From positions 1,184,001 to 1,248,000 of the forward strand of contig JBJMOW010000005.1 in NCBI GenBank assembly GCA_045803545.1: a stretch of 64,000 nucleotides of DNA, written 5' to 3'. The stretch is from Gemmatimonadaceae bacterium (GTDB lineage Bacteria; Gemmatimonadota; Gemmatimonadetes; Gemmatimonadales; Gemmatimonadaceae). The number at the start of each line of letters is the position of its first letter. The stretch's first letter is position 1. Under the pieces are notes generated by a model. It ran no database searches, was not told the origin of the DNA, and saw only the letters and a program-made list of their open reading frames with translations. This document shows, piece by piece, positions 60,843 to 64,000 of this stretch. A program made the position numbers and the translations under genes.

Positions 60843-61560
60843 TCTCCCCGTAACACTCACACGCCGCGCGCTCTAATCCCGGCCGATCAGTAACGGCGAT
60901 CCGGCCGCGGCCGTGCGAGATAAGGCCGGCTTTCTCGAGCGCTCCCATCGCCACCGTTACGCCAGGACGCCGCACGCCCAGCATCTCGGCGAGGAATTCC
61001 TGGGTCAGGTCGAAATGGTTTCGCCCGACGCGATCCTCCGACATCAAAAGCCAGCGGGCGCAGCGTTGCTCGATGACGTGCATCCGGTTGCACGCCGCCG
61101 ACTGGGAGACAGTCTCGAACACGAACTGACTGTAGCGATGGATCAGCCGGTCGAGCGCAGCGCACTCCTCGAGTAAGCGGCGGAACTCGGTGCTCGGGAT
61201 GCGATGTGCCGTTCCGCTGATCTGACCCACCGAAGTCAGGCGGGATGCGGAAACGCCGTGGAAGACAGCCATCCCGGCGAAGCCATCGCAGCCAACTGTC
61301 ATCGCCTCGACGGAGCTGCCGTCCTGGAGCTCGGTGACCAGGGAAATCACGCAGTCGTGCGGGAAGTGGACGAACCGCATGTCTTCGCCGCGGCGGCAAA
61401 TGAGCTGCTTCGCTGCGATGTCGACGGACTCCGCAGCCGAAAGGACGATCTCGAGCTCGCGCTCCGGCAACAGCGCCAGAAGATGATTTCGGACGGCGGC
61501 AGCCGGGACAGTAGCGGCTCGGTCACGGACGTGGCGAGTGGTTAGGATCGATGTGGCCAT
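60811..61560 (-). CDS. Crp/Fnr family transcriptional regulator
   Basis: N.LL..LP, ACNRMH..EQRCARWLL and TQEFLAEMLGVRRPGVT HTH. Confidence 0.9.
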   Translation of the reverse strand: MATSILTTRHVRDRAATVPAAAVRNHLLALLPERELEIVLSAAESVDIAAKQLICRRGEDMRFVHFPHDCVISLVTELQDGSSVEAMTVGCDGFAGMAVFHGVSASRLTSVGQISGTAHRIPSTEFRRLLEECAALDRLIHRYSQFVFETVSQSAACNRMHVIEQRCARWLLMSEDRVGRNHFDLTQEFLAEMLGVRRPGVTVAMGALEKAGLISHGRGRIAVTDRPGLERAACECYGEIKSRQRELLS

Positions 61561-61782
61561 GTCGAACCGGAAAGTGGTCGCAGAGTGGTTGGTGGCTTAC
61601 GCCCCGCTGATAAGCAAATTGTGAACCGAACCCTGTGCCGCGTGGTTGACCCGGCAAGGTCACATTTATTTCGTCAGTTCGAGGTTTTAGACCGGCCCAA
61701 TACAGCATCATCGCGGAGCCGCCCTTATTGTTATGTTCGAAGGGACAAAACAGTCATTTAGACGCCCCTGCCATCTATAGAG

Positions 61783-61820
61783 CAGCCGGATTTTGAAGCA
61801 GACCAGCAGGATTTTGAAGC
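61783..61820 (+). promoter_or_regulatory. 17-bp direct repeat with 21-bp period
   Basis: cagccggattttgaagc (61783-61799) and cagcaggattttgaagc (61804-61820) just upstream of ATG 61836. Confidence 0.6.
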
Positions 61821-61835
61821 GCCCCTCCAAACGAC

Positions 61836-64000
61836 ATGACGATACCTGCTGACCCGCAGCCCAACGAGCGAAAATTCCGCTTCAAGGACGAGTGGTTGGT
61901 CTCACTTGTGGGGACCATGCCAGGGGTCACGCCTGACCTGATCAAACGCTGGCGCTTCCAGCAGAAGCCCTACATCTGTCAGGCCCTGATCGACGGCGAC
62001 ATCCTTTCGTTCAAGGAGATCGCGGAAGTCGTCAAGGACGCCTTCCGCATCGACTACGTCGACCTCTCGCCGGGGGCGATCGACAAGAACGCGATGCAGA
62101 TCCTGCCCGAGAAGCTTTGCCGGGATTTCAGTGTGTTACCCGTCAAAGTCGACGCGCGCATGGTGCACCTGGCAATGGCAAATCCGCTCGACCAGGAAGC
62201 GATTCAGCGTGTAGGGTGGGCGACCAGCCGCGAAGTCACGCCCCTTTTCTGTCCGCCCGGTACACTCGACAGGCTTGTTCAGGATACGCTCCGGCCCGAC
62301 GCCATGATCTACGGCCTGATCGAGAAGCTCGATCAGAACGTCGGCCTCGAGCAGGTGCAGGAGGCCAAGGAAGATGAAGCGGCGATGGCGCGCGTCCATG
62401 CGCCCGTCATCAAGCTCGTCGACGCCATCATCGCCAACGCCGTCAAGCTGCGCGCGTCAGACATCCACATCGAGCACGACGAGGCGAATACGCTCGTTCG
62501 CTTCCGCATCGACGGCCTGCTCAAGAACATCATGGTGCTTCCGCGCTTCATCGGCGTAGGGCCGGTGGTTTCCCGCATCAAGATCATGTCGGAGCTCGAT
62601 GTCGCTGAGCGATTCCGACCGCAGGACGGCCGCGCAAAAGTACGCGTCAATGGCGACGAAGTCGCATTGCGCGTTTCGGTGCTGCCGACGCGCGTGGGCG
62701 AGAAGGTCGTGATGCGTCTGCTCAACGAGAAGGCGGTCCAGGTCTCGATGGGCACACTCGGCTTCATGCCCGAGCTGCTGGAGCGATTCAAGGCTTTGCT
62801 GATGCGCGAGCAGGGCATCCTGCTCGTGACGGGGCCGACGGGCTCTGGAAAGACGACAACGCTTTACGCAGCGCTCAACACACGCCGCGGCGAGAGCGTG
62901 AACATCGTCACTGTCGAAGACCCGGTCGAATACCGACTCTCGGGTGTGAATCAGGTGCAGGTCAACGAGAAACAGGGACTGACTTTCGCGGGCGTACTGA
63001 GATCGGTGCTGCGCCAGGATCCTGACGTCGTTCTCGTGGGTGAGATCCGCGATCAGGAGACGGCGAACATCGCGTTCCAGGCTGCGATGACTGGTCACCT
63101 CGTGCTCTCGACGTTGCACACCAACGATGCGATCGGCGCTATACCACGACTTGCCAACATCGGTGTCGAGCACTTCCGAGTCGCCGCCGGTCTTATCGGC
63201 GTCACCGCACAACGCCTGGTGCGTAAAGTCTGTCCGCACTGCCGCTATGAGGCGCCGATCGAGGAGCTGCATCCGATGATTCGGTCTGCACAGCAGCGAG
63301 TTTACGGCAAGGCACGCCACGTCAAAGCGACCGGTTGCGCCGATTGCGGGTTCACCGGTTATACGGGCCGGCTGCCCCTGATCGAGTTCCTCGAGATCAC
63401 GCCCGAGCTACGTGGAATGATCACCACTGGCAAGCAGGGCGATGATATTCGCGCCCAAGCGCTGCGTACCGGTGCGCTTCACACCTTCGACACCGACGCG
63501 CTTTGGCACATCGCCGAAGGCGACACGACGGCCGAAGAGGTGATCCCCTACACCGAATTCGAGCGCCGTCGAACGCCGCGCAATCCGACGCCGCGGCTCA
63601 ACGAAGAGCTCGGCGATCTCGATGCTGACGGCGTGAAGAAGCCGTCGCGTGTGCTGCTTGCGGTCGGCGACAAACAGGATCGGGTTCGGTTCAACGACAT
63701 CCTCGTTGAGTCCCGCTTTGCCGTGCAAATGGCGAACGACGGTGCAGCTGCGCTCGGCATCCTGGCGCAGGATCCGCCCGATGCACTGGTGATCGGGCTC
63801 AAGCTGCCCATCCTCGATGGTCGCCAGGTAGTGCACGCAGCTCGCACTGTAGTCGGATTGATCGACATGCCGGTTCTGGTGATCGCGCCGAAGGGCAGCG
63901 AAGGCGAGACCTCGGATTTGCTGTCTCAGGGCGTCGACGACGTGCTTTATGAACCGCTGGACGCCACTCGATTCCGTTCCCGCATCCAGTCGGTATTGCG
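61836..64000 (+). CDS. PilB/GspE-family ATPase fused to a C-terminal atypical receiver domain (3' end outside window)
   Basis: Not in the ORF track (no stop in window). Manual translation gives AMANP, ASDIHIE, RPQDGR, GPTGSGKTTT, EDPVEY, LRQDPD..LVGEIRD, TGHLVLSTLHTN, CPHC/CADC and then a REC-like fold. Confidence 0.9.
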   Translation, partial: MTIPADPQPNERKFRFKDEWLVSLVGTMPGVTPDLIKRWRFQQKPYICQALIDGDILSFKEIAEVVKDAFRIDYVDLSPGAIDKNAMQILPEKLCRDFSVLPVKVDARMVHLAMANPLDQEAIQRVGWATSREVTPLFCPPGTLDRLVQDTLRPDAMIYGLIEKLDQNVGLEQVQEAKEDEAAMARVHAPVIKLVDAIIANAVKLRASDIHIEHDEANTLVRFRIDGLLKNIMVLPRFIGVGPVVSRIKIMSELDVAERFRPQDGRAKVRVNGDEVALRVSVLPTRVGEKVVMRLLNEKAVQVSMGTLGFMPELLERFKALLMREQGILLVTGPTGSGKTTTLYAALNTRRGESVNIVTVEDPVEYRLSGVNQVQVNEKQGLTFAGVLRSVLRQDPDVVLVGEIRDQETANIAFQAAMTGHLVLSTLHTNDAIGAIPRLANIGVEHFRVAAGLIGVTAQRLVRKVCPHCRYEAPIEELHPMIRSAQQRVYGKARHVKATGCADCGFTGYTGRLPLIEFLEITPELRGMITTGKQGDDIRAQALRTGALHTFDTDALWHIAEGDTTAEEVIPYTEFERRRTPRNPTPRLNEELGDLDADGVKKPSRVLLAVGDKQDRVRFNDILVESRFAVQMANDGAAALGILAQDPPDALVIGLKLPILDGRQVVHAARTVVGLIDMPVLVIAPKGSEGETSDLLSQGVDDVLYEPLDATRFRSRIQSVL

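Overview
GC-rich bacterial chromosomal segment. Gene content suggests a Gemmatimonadota-like organism (inference only). It holds about 55 mostly metabolic, envelope and signalling genes. These include a PQQ dehydrogenase-gntK-gntP gluconate unit, secreted M1/S9/M28 peptidases, msrA, queC/queE, thrC, an acyl-ACP desaturase, an orphan CheB/CheR plus PAS kinase, a cyanophycinase, nagB, TonB and a TolB-like protein, mprF-acvB, an ATP-grasp/LLM monooxygenase pair, a Crp regulator and a PilB/GspE ATPase that runs off the end. No rRNA, tRNA, CRISPR array, transposase or prophage was recognised. The most notable observation is a small membrane-protein ORF missing from the ORF track (5478-5849). It has an in-frame TGA (5688-5690) followed after 11 nt by a perfect 7-bp hairpin with a GGUCA loop, which is bacterial SECIS geometry, so it is a candidate selenoprotein. 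Also of note: a candidate four-hairpin sRNA with its own promoter and terminator (20117-20240, minus), a 37-aa small ORF, a frameshifted DUF4126-like gene, several palindromic elements (one translated inside a CDS), sigma54-type promoters, and a PilB ATPase fused to a degenerate receiver domain.
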